A stretch of 64,000 nt of DNA from Thermoplasmata archaeon (GTDB taxonomy: Archaea > Thermoplasmatota > Thermoplasmata > UBA10834), in contig DATKWQ010000022.1 of assembly GCA_035529455.1 (NCBI GenBank), positions 7,418-71,417 on the forward strand, read 5' to 3'. The position numbers and the translations under genes are program-made. Under the pieces are notes generated by a model. The model saw only the letters and a list, made by a program, of their open reading frames with translations, had not been told where the DNA came from and made no database searches. This document shows positions 1 through 8,817 of this stretch, one piece after another (the stretch's first letter is position 1; every line of letters starts with the position of its first letter).

Positions 1-60
1 ATGGAGACAGGATGTTCTAACTGTTATATAAATTGTGGAATCTGGCAGATGGCATCCGGC

Positions 61-3000
61 TCACTCACCGTCGCCTTCGTTGTTTTCCCGACGGTCACGA
101 CGTAATCTGACACGGTATACCGCGAACACGACCAAGGTGAACATCACGGGGAGCGCAACATCCGAGAACTCGGGTATCTTCTCGAATATGACCTCTATGT
201 CCGCTGTCGTGTTCTGGGTCCAGAGCATGCACACGGTCGACTCGCTCGGTGCAGAGTAAATCGATGTCAGATAGTTCTTGTCATATGCGTTCGAGGCGAT
301 CGTAACAGATGACCAGGTCGTTCCGACTCTCTTCTGTACCTGTAGCACATCCGTGGCCGCATCCTGTATCCACATCGCGTACAGGTTGCCGGTTTCCGCG
401 TCCAGAGATATAGTGGGGAATCTGTTGCCATACGTCGCGCCGCTGGCGAGCTCCTCCGAAGTGGACCAATCCGAGCCGTCGTAGTAGGCGTACATCACAT
501 ACCCCTGCCACGACCCTAAGACCTCATCCCCTGTTCCGTAGACGACATGGAGCACGCCATCACCGTCGATGACCGCCGACGCGGGCGAGTAACGAGTATT
601 TTCGGCGCTATCACCAGCGGCGTAAAGAACGGTCGTCCCTCCAGTCCAACCAGAACCGTCGTAGGCCATACACCTAACTTCGCCCAGATTCGAAATGATT
701 GCCCAGGCGATCTCGTCCGAACCCTCTTTCGCGGGAACGATCACGCCGCGGACCTCTTCAGAAGCTCCGTACGGACTGAGAAGGTTGGTCGCGGCGCTCC
801 ACACACTGTTGTCGCCCGGTATGGTGCTGCTGAAGGCTTTCATTTGGAACTGTGGGTTCGTTAGGTGCACGCGCGAGCTGGCTAGGGCTCGAAGGGTTCC
901 TGCAGCGTCCATGCATATGAATGTGTTCTTGCTGGCGGTATTGAAGCCAGTGGATACTGTGAGCGTCGTTTCGGTATCCCAGGTGATTTGGGGGGTCGGC
1001 CCGGTCGTGACCGTGCCATTAATCACACTCACGTTGCCATCCGCGGCAGAGGTGTCGCCGATCACATAGACCCTGCTTAGGGTTGAGTTGTACCACAGAG
1101 ACGCTTCGTTGACCCCAACAGTATCGAAGACCCTGCCGCTATTCACTCCGTTGTCAGTCCACGTCTCTCCATCATCGCTGCTGTATCTGCACATTGTGTT
1201 AGACCCGTCCCAGTAGATGCTCCAGAAGTTGACGCCGTCGTAGAAGACCTTCCTCTGGTACGACATTGCAGTAGCCGTGTCCGGTATCGAGGAGCCGTCA
1301 ACAGGCCAGGCTCTGATGTCAGCCATCGATGACGCCAAGTAGGATTCGTCAACGGTGGCCGAGTCGGTTCTGCCTTGCCAGTCAGTGGTCTCGATGATGA
1401 AGTCAATGTCCGCAGAGCCTCCGAGGGCGCCCGTTGGCAGGCCGAGCTCCATGCGCTGAAGGTCCTTGGCCAGCTCAATAGTCACAACGACCTCGTGCCA
1501 TGCACCGCTGCTGAACTCGTACAACTTCTTTGATTCGACCACTCCGAACTGGCCTATGACTTCGACCATGTAGTCCGCACCGATGACCTTGGAGTCGAGC
1601 GAGACCGATAGGCCCGTGCTCGTCGTCATATCAGAATCGACGTATATCCTGAGGAAGTCCTCGCCCGTCTTCCTTGTCGGCGTCACGGGGCTACCACCGC
1701 CTCCCGTGCCCGTCGGCTTGCCCTTCAGGGCTGGGACGTATGTGCCACTGCACATCTCGCCCTCCACACTCACATAGAAGAACGACGACTGCGCATCGCT
1801 CGCCATACCTGTCGCGTCGATGTCTATGTTGATGTTGTCGACTGTGACGAGGTCCACATCCGGGACGGTGAGGGCGCTCCAATCGGCGAACGCGCCGTCT
1901 ATCTCGATGCCGACCGGAGCGGCGCCGACATATCCGCGCGCGCCGTCTCCGACGACCTCCACATGGGAGAATGACCATTCGCTGCTGCCCACGACGACGG
2001 AGAGCGAGTAGAAGTCACCCGTGGTGACCGCGCTCAGGTCGTCCGCGCTGACGTCGATAGTCAATGGTGCGTCGCCCGGATCGAGTGAGACACCGCCCGT
2101 GATGGACTCGGAGAAGCTGACCCCTGTCTCGCTCATCGAGATGGAGTCGATGCTGCCCTCGGCTCCCTGGCAGCTGAGCCTGAGCCTCAGGACGGGAACA
2201 TCCGACGAGTTCAGTAGTATTCCACTCGAGGGAACCAGCGATTCCTGCTCGACTATCAGCAGGCCGCCTTCGGCAGGAGTCTCGTAGCTGATCGCACGGT
2301 TCTCGAGCCCGTCCTGCGACATCAATAGGAATTTCGCCGATGACCCCAAACCGGCTGGGAGGACAGCCTTAGCCTCCATCTGGTCGCCCTGGACGCGGTG
2401 GGACAGCGAGCCGATCGCCACCCACGAGTTCCAGTCGCGGTCATCGCTGTTCGAGTCGTAGCTCATGAGGGATGTCGATTGGACGGAGTCGTCCCAACCA
2501 TCGAGCTCGAGTAGGTAGTCTGCCCCCAGCGAACCGACTGCATAGCCCGTCGACGACGAACCATCGGAATCGACGAACAGGAAGAAGCTGTCCACGACCG
2601 TCGTGCTCATGATGTCGTCCTGTGCTTTCACGTACAGGTATAGGTCGTTCGAGTCCGCACGGGCCGTCCATTCCTCGATGTCGATGGTCGGGGCTGAAGA
2701 CGCGGATACCTTGACCCCGAACATGTCGATATCAGACCAGTCCGAGAAGTCGCCATCGACGGTGAACGCCCCGGACTCGGTGTAGTATGCGAAATAGATG
2801 AAGGTCGGGATTATGATAAGGACAGCGACCAAGACGGCGAGGAACGGCCACCTGGTGAGCGACGAGAATCGCCGACCACCTGGACGGCCGACGCTACGCT
2901 CGCCCCTGGTACCGTTGATCATTCCGGTACCGTTTATCATGCCTGTGCCGTTGACCATACCAGTCCCGTTGACCATGCCCGTCCCGTTGACCATGCCCGT

Positions 3001-3585
3001 TCCATTGACGAGACCGGTTCCGTTCACGGCGCCTCTGCCATTCGTCAGACCGCGCTCTGCCACGCGCGATTCCGCAGGGCCGGCGGTCACAGCTCCAACC
3101 GGCGGTGCAACGGCTTCGGGCTCCTCATCGGGTTCCGGCTCAGGCGACTCGGATTCTTCGATCGCCATCAACAACGGCTCTGGCGCCTCTGGTTCCGCGG
3201 CATCGAACTCCACGCCACAGCTGGGACACTTGGCAGCCCCTGGAGCGACGGCGACACCGCATTCGGGACACTCCAACAGGTCCTCGTCCGTGACGACAGG
3301 CACTCCGCATCGAGGGCACTTGGCCATGCCGGCCTCGAGGTTCATGCCGCAGGACGGACACGACATCTTCGCATCCGGCAGGCCCACCGTCGGGATGTCG
3401 GCTGCTTCGAAATCTTCCTTGGCCTGCGCCGACTGGAGGCGCTGCATGAGCCGCTTCTCGATTACCTTGTCGAGCTCCCTCCTCGTAAGGACTGTCTCGA
3501 GTCGTGTCGAGCAGAATGGACATCGTTCGGCATCGGGAGAAACCTTGTTGCCGCACAGTGGACAGTACACGGATTCCGTCTTCAA
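61..3585 (-). CDS. Zn-ribbon / NG-repeat membrane protein with large extracellular region and PEF-CTERM sorting signal
   Basis: 1174-aa ORF. Three CxxC..CxxC ribbons, acidic Pro-rich linker, 8x GxxNG[TR], RR followed by a TM helix (WPFLAVLVAVLIIIPTFIYFAYY), two DG(D/A)F(S/A)DW motifs, Asp-box SSDDGETW, C-terminal IPEF-TM-RVRLRRDRR. Confidence 0.85.
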   Translation of the reverse strand: MKTESVYCPLCGNKVSPDAERCPFCSTRLETVLTRRELDKVIEKRLMQRLQSAQAKEDFEAADIPTVGLPDAKMSCPSCGMNLEAGMAKCPRCGVPVVTDEDLLECPECGVAVAPGAAKCPSCGVEFDAAEPEAPEPLLMAIEESESPEPEPDEEPEAVAPPVGAVTAGPAESRVAERGLTNGRGAVNGTGLVNGTGMVNGTGMVNGTGMVNGTGMINGTGMINGTRGERSVGRPGGRRFSSLTRWPFLAVLVAVLIIIPTFIYFAYYTESGAFTVDGDFSDWSDIDMFGVKVSASSAPTIDIEEWTARADSNDLYLYVKAQDDIMSTTVVDSFFLFVDSDGSSSTGYAVGSLGADYLLELDGWDDSVQSTSLMSYDSNSDDRDWNSWVAIGSLSHRVQGDQMEAKAVLPAGLGSSAKFLLMSQDGLENRAISYETPAEGGLLIVEQESLVPSSGILLNSSDVPVLRLRLSCQGAEGSIDSISMSETGVSFSESITGGVSLDPGDAPLTIDVSADDLSAVTTGDFYSLSVVVGSSEWSFSHVEVVGDGARGYVGAAPVGIEIDGAFADWSALTVPDVDLVTVDNINIDIDATGMASDAQSSFFYVSVEGEMCSGTYVPALKGKPTGTGGGGSPVTPTRKTGEDFLRIYVDSDMTTSTGLSVSLDSKVIGADYMVEVIGQFGVVESKKLYEFSSGAWHEVVVTIELAKDLQRMELGLPTGALGGSADIDFIIETTDWQGRTDSATVDESYLASSMADIRAWPVDGSSIPDTATAMSYQRKVFYDGVNFWSIYWDGSNTMCRYSSDDGETWTDNGVNSGRVFDTVGVNEASLWYNSTLSRVYVIGDTSAADGNVSVINGTVTTGPTPQITWDTETTLTVSTGFNTASKNTFICMDAAGTLRALASSRVHLTNPQFQMKAFSSTIPGDNSVWSAATNLLSPYGASEEVRGVIVPAKEGSDEIAWAIISNLGEVRCMAYDGSGWTGGTTVLYAAGDSAENTRYSPASAVIDGDGVLHVVYGTGDEVLGSWQGYVMYAYYDGSDWSTSEELASGATYGNRFPTISLDAETGNLYAMWIQDAATDVLQVQKRVGTTWSSVTIASNAYDKNYLTSIYSAPSESTVCMLWTQNTTADIEVIFEKIPEFSDVALPVMFTLVVFAVYRVRLRRDRRENNEGDGE
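2908..3051 (-). repeat. 8 x 18-bp coding tandem repeat (GxxNGT hexapeptide)
   Basis: GLTNGR GAVNGT GLVNGT GMVNGT GMVNGT GMVNGT GMINGT GMINGT. Synonymous codons differ between units. Confidence 0.95.
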
Positions 3586-3903
3586 ACCTCAAACACCTCT
3601 CTGGAGGACTGTCAATGTCAGACAAACGCATGTCACAAAGGGAAACGGTGCCTGACTCATTGGGGGACAGATATAGCACTCAAGCTCTATATAAATATCT
3701 GGCGTCGTGTCCAGGGGTTCTCGATTCCGTCTTAAGGACGGAATGCGGGTGTCGGACGGCTCCGTCTGACGATTCTTGCCCATACCTGCAGGCCATCGTG
3801 CGCACGCGAAACGCGAGTGATCGCGGGGCCATCTCCCGGTCATCCGTCGCTCCGACAACTTTAATATACGCTCGCAGGCCTGGGAAGGCATGGTGAAGCA
3901 GGC

Positions 3904-5358
3904 ATGGCATGGAGAGGTCCGCTGGAGAAGCTCGACGAGTTCAGATACCAGATCCCAAGGTCCTTCAAGCAGTGCATGCACACGGACGCTGTGATATTCG
4001 CCGACGACAAGATGATGGAATCCATCAAGAAGGACGATGCACTCGAGCAGGCCGCCAACGTCGCTTGCCTCCCCGGCATAGTTGGCAAGTCCTATGCGAT
4101 GCCCGACATTCACTGGGGCTACGGATTCCCGATAGGTGGCGTCGCCGCTTTCGACGCGGAGAACGGCGTGATATCCCCAGGTGGGATAGGATACGACGTG
4201 AACTGCGGCGTGCGGCTCGTCCGGACGAACCTGACGGTGAAGGACGTCGAGCACCGCGTAAAGGAACTGGTGGACTCTGCATTCGCCAATGTCCCCTCAG
4301 GCGTCGGGGAGAAGGGCAGACTCAGGCTGTCCCAGGCCGAGATAGACGAGGTGCTCCAGGAAGGGGCTGGCTGGGCGGTCTCCCGCGGTTATGGTTGGGA
4401 GGACGACATAGTCGCCTGCGAAGAGGGGGGATGCATGAAGACAGCGGATCCCTCGATGGTAGGCCAGAAAGCCAAGCAGAGGGGTGCCCCACAACTCGGC
4501 ACGTTGGGCGGTGGGAACCACTTCATCGAGATACAGAGAGTCGACAAGATATTCGACGAGGCGGCAGCCAAGGCGTTCGGCATCACAGGTGAGGGACAGA
4601 TCACCGTGAGCATACACTCAGGCTCGAGGGGCTGCGGCCATCAGATCGCCAGCGATTACATACGCGTGATGGAGGACGCGCTCAAGAAGTACGGAATAGC
4701 TGTCCCCGACAGGCAGCTGGCATGCGCACCTGTCAACTCCGAAGAGGGGCGCGAGTGCTTCGCTGCCATGAGCGCGGCCGCGAACTACGCATGGACCAAC
4801 CGACAGATTATACTCCACTGGCTCAGAGAGTCGTTCGAGAAGACCCTCGGCGCGACCGCCGAGGAGATGGGGATGGACTTGGTCTACGACGTGGCGCACA
4901 ACATCTGCAAGGTCGAGGAGCACACCGTCGACGGGCGGAGGATGAAGGTCTATGTTCACAGAAAGGGCGCCACGAGGGCGTTCGACTCATCCAGGCAGGA
5001 GGTCCCTATCAAGTATCGATCCGTCGGACAGCCTGTGTTGATACCCGGGGATATGGGCAGCGCGAGCTACGTCCTGGTGGGCACGGCTGGCGCGATGGCG
5101 GAGACCTTCGGCTCCACCTGTCACGGCGCTGGAAGACAGATGTCGAGGACCGCCGCGACGAAGCGCTTCTCGGTGAACGAAGTCGTGTCCGCCCTTAGAA
5201 AGGACGGTATCTACGTCCGCGCGGCATCAAAGGACGGGATAGTCGAGGAGGCACCAGGAGCGTACAAGGATGTCGACGAGGTGGTCGGCATAGCTCATGG
5301 CGCCGGAATCTCGCGAATGGTCGCGCGGCTGCGACCGATGGGTGTAATGAAAGGCTGA
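3904..5358 (+). CDS. rtcB: tRNA-splicing ligase RtcB
   Basis: MPDIHWGYGFPIGGV, GYDVNCG, GGGNHF, HSGSRG, HN, HRKGAT, STCHGAGR, EEAPGAYKD motifs. Confidence 0.97.
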   Translation: MAWRGPLEKLDEFRYQIPRSFKQCMHTDAVIFADDKMMESIKKDDALEQAANVACLPGIVGKSYAMPDIHWGYGFPIGGVAAFDAENGVISPGGIGYDVNCGVRLVRTNLTVKDVEHRVKELVDSAFANVPSGVGEKGRLRLSQAEIDEVLQEGAGWAVSRGYGWEDDIVACEEGGCMKTADPSMVGQKAKQRGAPQLGTLGGGNHFIEIQRVDKIFDEAAAKAFGITGEGQITVSIHSGSRGCGHQIASDYIRVMEDALKKYGIAVPDRQLACAPVNSEEGRECFAAMSAAANYAWTNRQIILHWLRESFEKTLGATAEEMGMDLVYDVAHNICKVEEHTVDGRRMKVYVHRKGATRAFDSSRQEVPIKYRSVGQPVLIPGDMGSASYVLVGTAGAMAETFGSTCHGAGRQMSRTAATKRFSVNEVVSALRKDGIYVRAASKDGIVEEAPGAYKDVDEVVGIAHGAGISRMVARLRPMGVMKG

Positions 5359-5366
5359 AGCCAAAG

Positions 5367-6677
5367 TCACAGGGCGATGAGCTTCTGAGCAGCGCGCGCC
5401 ACTCGTTCTATGCAGTCCGCGGGGCATGCGACCATGACCGCCCACTCGTATACCCGCCTGCTCTGCAACGATTGCGTGATAGAGCTCACGCGGGGCAGCA
5501 ACCGGACCTTGTCGCCGTCCACTATGCGGATGTCCATTAGCGACATCCGGGGTTCTGAGACCGGGAGCTCATGGGAGGGTATGTCGATCACCACATGCCC
5601 CGGGTCTATCCCAGCCTTTGCAGCGATGTCCTCCTCGAGCCGTCTGCGCTTCTTGAAATCTCCCATCTCCTCCACGGCGTCCCACTGGTTGTCTTCCACG
5701 TCCTGGGCAGCGATTGCGAAGGCCTTCTTGAAGAGGCGGCGGTACTTGATCCTGGTCGCGACCTCACGCGAGTACCCCCCCTGCGACACGAGGTGCGAAA
5801 GAAGGCTCGAATCGGTCATCTTGAAGACCGCCTCGATGTCGTCCGAGTCCAACATCTCAACCGCCTTGGCGAGCATGAGCTCGGCTATCCTCACCGTCTT
5901 GTGGTAGTACACCGTTGAGAACATGAGCGCCCTAGCGACCAGCATACCCTCCACTGCGCTCGCGCCACCCTTGCCGACGACGAGGTCGCCGTTGAACACC
6001 CCGACCGTGTCCATGAGACGGTCCAGGTCTATCACGCCGTAAGCAACTCCGGTGTAGTGCGCGTCGCGCATGAGATAGTCGAGCTGGTCGACGTCCACGG
6101 GGCCGCATATCATCTGCCCCAGGTACCTCCTGTCGTTGAAGTGCGCCTGGCCGCGGTGGCCCCCAAGCGTCTTCTGTTCTTGCTCGTCTCTTGCCGCCCC
6201 GGTCAGGAGAGCCGAGACGACCTTGGGATCTATGCCCTGCCGCTCCAGAGCGTCAACGACGCGCAGTTCCTCCCCGAGCACGGCGCTCTCCTCCTCTGAG
6301 ACCACCGTGTCCTGTCCGAGGACCAGCCGTTTAGATATCTCCACATGGTCGATCCCGAACTGCTCGTGCAGGACCATCTCGAACGTGTGGGAGTAGGGAA
6401 GATGGCCTATGTCGTGGAGCAGGGCGGCGCACTTGACGATCGCCGCTTCGTCCTCCTTGAGGCGCAACGAAGCGCTCATACGGTCGGCGACCGAAAAAGC
6501 ACCAAGTGAATGCTCGAGTCGTGTGTGGTTCGCACCTGGATAGACGAGGTTCGCAAGGCCTAGCTGGTGCACTCCGTGCAATCGTTGGAGCTCGTTCGAC
6601 TCCATGAGCGGCAGGAACGGGGAGTCGACCCGCACACTTCCGTGGACAGAATCCCTGATGACCTTGTAGCCTTCCAC
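5367..6677 (-). CDS. HD-domain phosphohydrolase, SAMHD1/dNTPase-like (COG1078-type)
   Basis: QLGLANLVYPGANHTRLEHSLG, ALLHDIGHLPYSH, DVDQLDYLMRD, YYHKT. Start uncertain: GTG 6677 lies about 25 nt below a TATA-like element; ATG 6695 is the alternative. Confidence 0.88.
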   Translation of the reverse strand: MEGYKVIRDSVHGSVRVDSPFLPLMESNELQRLHGVHQLGLANLVYPGANHTRLEHSLGAFSVADRMSASLRLKEDEAAIVKCAALLHDIGHLPYSHTFEMVLHEQFGIDHVEISKRLVLGQDTVVSEEESAVLGEELRVVDALERQGIDPKVVSALLTGAARDEQEQKTLGGHRGQAHFNDRRYLGQMICGPVDVDQLDYLMRDAHYTGVAYGVIDLDRLMDTVGVFNGDLVVGKGGASAVEGMLVARALMFSTVYYHKTVRIAELMLAKAVEMLDSDDIEAVFKMTDSSLLSHLVSQGGYSREVATRIKYRRLFKKAFAIAAQDVEDNQWDAVEEMGDFKKRRRLEEDIAAKAGIDPGHVVIDIPSHELPVSEPRMSLMDIRIVDGDKVRLLPRVSSITQSLQSRRVYEWAVMVACPADCIERVARAAQKLIAL

Positions 6678-6877
6678 GGATGTCAGAGAGAGCATCGCCG
6701 CATATAATATTTCACCGAGTGGATGCATAAGTCGACCGGCGCTGCGGGGCATGCGCCGACCCGCGCAACTAGTAGAAAAAGGTTGGCAGTGGGCCCGGGC
6801 CACGACTGCGCAGTTCGGTGCAAATACTTTTAAGACTCGATTATGATTGTGATGATATCGCGAGGAGGGTCCCCCCC

Positions 6878-7603
6878 ATGCAATCCCGTGCTGAACCCAG
6901 TGAAGACAGGATACTCACTTACATCGATGGATTCGACAACAAGATAGGCGGAGGCATCCGCAAAGGCCACGTCGTCCTCCTTGCGGGCACGCCAGGAACG
7001 ATGAAGTCGTCGATCGCCCTCAACCTGCTGTACAACAATGTCAGCAAGAGAGGGGTGAATGTCCTTTATGTGAGCATCGAGGAGAGCAAGGACAGCCTCC
7101 TGGAATGCATGGACCGGCTCGGCTTCGGCGCCATCGACGAGAACAAGTTCTTCATAGTGGACATAGGCAAGCTCCGTCTGGAGCACACGGACGCCGACAT
7201 CGGAAGGGACTGGTTCAAGATACTGAAGGAGTATCTGAGGAAGAAGGTCGAGAACGAGGGTGTCGAAGTGATCGTCATCGACTCGTTGACGGCCGTGTAC
7301 TCGCTCACGCATATCCAGAGCCCCAGGCAGGAGCTGTTCCACTTCTTCGGGTTCCTCAAGAGACTTGGCGTCACGACATTCCTCATATCGGAGACGCAGC
7401 AGAACGGAAGCGCTTACGGACCGTTCCACGAGGATTACCTAGCGGATGGCACGCTGCTCCTCAAGTTCGTGGACGTCGGCGAGTCCGATGTGCAGCTTAG
7501 GATAAGGGCCGTCAAGATGCGGCACTCGAAGATACACCACGGATATCTGACGCTGTTGTTCCGGGATGGACAGTTCATGGCCACACCTCCCATCGCAGAA
7601 TGA
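6878..7603 (+). CDS. KaiC/RAD55-like RecA-superfamily ATPase
   Basis: Variant Walker A GTPGTMKS, SIEE, Walker B VIVIDS, YLADG, KMR finger. RBS GGAGGG precedes ATG 6878. Confidence 0.9.
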   Translation: MQSRAEPSEDRILTYIDGFDNKIGGGIRKGHVVLLAGTPGTMKSSIALNLLYNNVSKRGVNVLYVSIEESKDSLLECMDRLGFGAIDENKFFIVDIGKLRLEHTDADIGRDWFKILKEYLRKKVENEGVEVIVIDSLTAVYSLTHIQSPRQELFHFFGFLKRLGVTTFLISETQQNGSAYGPFHEDYLADGTLLLKFVDVGESDVQLRIRAVKMRHSKIHHGYLTLLFRDGQFMATPPIAE

Positions 7604-7715
7604 TGAGACCTGCTGGCGACTTCGACCTACCCCAGACAGCGTCTGCACAACCTCCCGTTAAGCAATCCAGCTATCGCTGGATATAAAGGAGATGGTTTCC
7701 TCGGTCCGGTTGCGT

Positions 7716-8111
7716 TCAGAAGCCGCCTTTGATCTTGTTCCTGTCGATCTTCACACCCTGTGGCGTTGCCATCAGCAGGTTCTTGCCGACCCCCGCCAGG
7801 TCACCGTTCACGTCCCGCGCGACGTTCTTCAGTTCGGATGTGATCCGCTTCATCGTCAGGTCGTCGTTGGCTATCGATGTGAAATCAAGGATGACTATGT
7901 TGCCGGCATACACCTCGCTTGTCAACATCGAAAGGTCCTCGTACCTGAACAGCTCGCCGACCTTCACAACCGTGCCAGATTCGTCGCCGCTCAAGATGTG
8001 CTCGTCATCGAACGACATCTCGCTCAGGTCGATGTACTGCTCGGCACTGGAGTGTTGTCTACCTTCTGATTCCTGCGATGAAGGGAAGGCCTTCTTCTTC
8101 AGAATTGTCAC
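7716..8111 (-). CDS. sepF: Cell division protein SepF
   Basis: VYAGNIVILD, GDLAGVG and LMATPQGVKIDR match archaeal SepF. Confidence 0.9.
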   Translation of the reverse strand: MTILKKKAFPSSQESEGRQHSSAEQYIDLSEMSFDDEHILSGDESGTVVKVGELFRYEDLSMLTSEVYAGNIVILDFTSIANDDLTMKRITSELKNVARDVNGDLAGVGKNLLMATPQGVKIDRNKIKGGF

Positions 8112-8309
8112 TGTGCATCCCTCTGGAAGAGGTATAACCTTGTTCAGATATAAAGCCTATCCTGCATGGCCAGGCACATCCTCCCGGCCGGTCGCCGCTA
8201 GGGGTCGGGGGTAATACATGCGCGGGTCATGCGAATGCGTCTATCTAACAAACCACGGATTTGTCTGCGCGTTCTACACCGAGAAGGGGCGTCTCCACCA
8301 GGGGGAACC

Positions 8310-8813
8310 TCAAGGATGCCCCTCGTCATCTATGAGCCAAAGCTTGTCCCCGACGTGATGAATGGACAGCACCGCCTTCCCCTTGGGCTTCTTTCGCATC
8401 TCCTCGGCGGACATGACGGCTCGTCCTATCGCCAGCGGCCTGGAGTTCCTCTCGTCCCTGACCCAGACGAGGTCGCCCTCCGATATCGAATCGGCGACCT
8501 CGACGATGCCAGGGCCCATCACGTCTGCGCCGTTCGCGACGAACTTGACAGCGCCCATGTCTACTGTCACGAATCGCTTGGTGGCTCCATATTTCAGAAT
8601 GCCACGGACCGTCAGGAAGGGCGCGCCTTCGACCACCATGGCGACCAATAAGTTGTCGATGAGGAGCACATCGAAATCCGGTGCCTCGGCTCTGTCCACG
8701 ATCGCAGTCTCCGTGACGGTCTTCGTTCCCATCGCGTCATCAATGGTCGAGAACAGGCTCTCGATCTCCTTCTGACGCAGCCTGTGCCGTCTCCGTATCT
8801 TGTATTCGGTCAA
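8310..8813 (-). CDS. PUA-domain RNA-binding protein (DUF1947-PUA)
   Basis: VTVDMGAVKFVANGADVMGPGI and HHVGDKLW. TTG start follows a GGTGA RBS. Confidence 0.9.
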   Translation of the reverse strand: MTEYKIRRRHRLRQKEIESLFSTIDDAMGTKTVTETAIVDRAEAPDFDVLLIDNLLVAMVVEGAPFLTVRGILKYGATKRFVTVDMGAVKFVANGADVMGPGIVEVADSISEGDLVWVRDERNSRPLAIGRAVMSAEEMRKKPKGKAVLSIHHVGDKLWLIDDEGHP

Positions 8814-8817
8814 GGAT

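Noticed and set aside
2908..3051. Tandem repeat considered as a CRISPR array
   Set aside because: No spacers, in-frame coding, no cas genes.
2798..3655. 285-aa + strand ORF with MPVPLT repeats
   Set aside because: Antisense shadow of the NG-repeat gene.
7623..7637. CGACCTACCCCA matches the 3' end of tRNA-Pro (possible att site)
   Set aside because: Only 12 bp, plausible by chance. The intervening DNA is housekeeping and there is no integrase.
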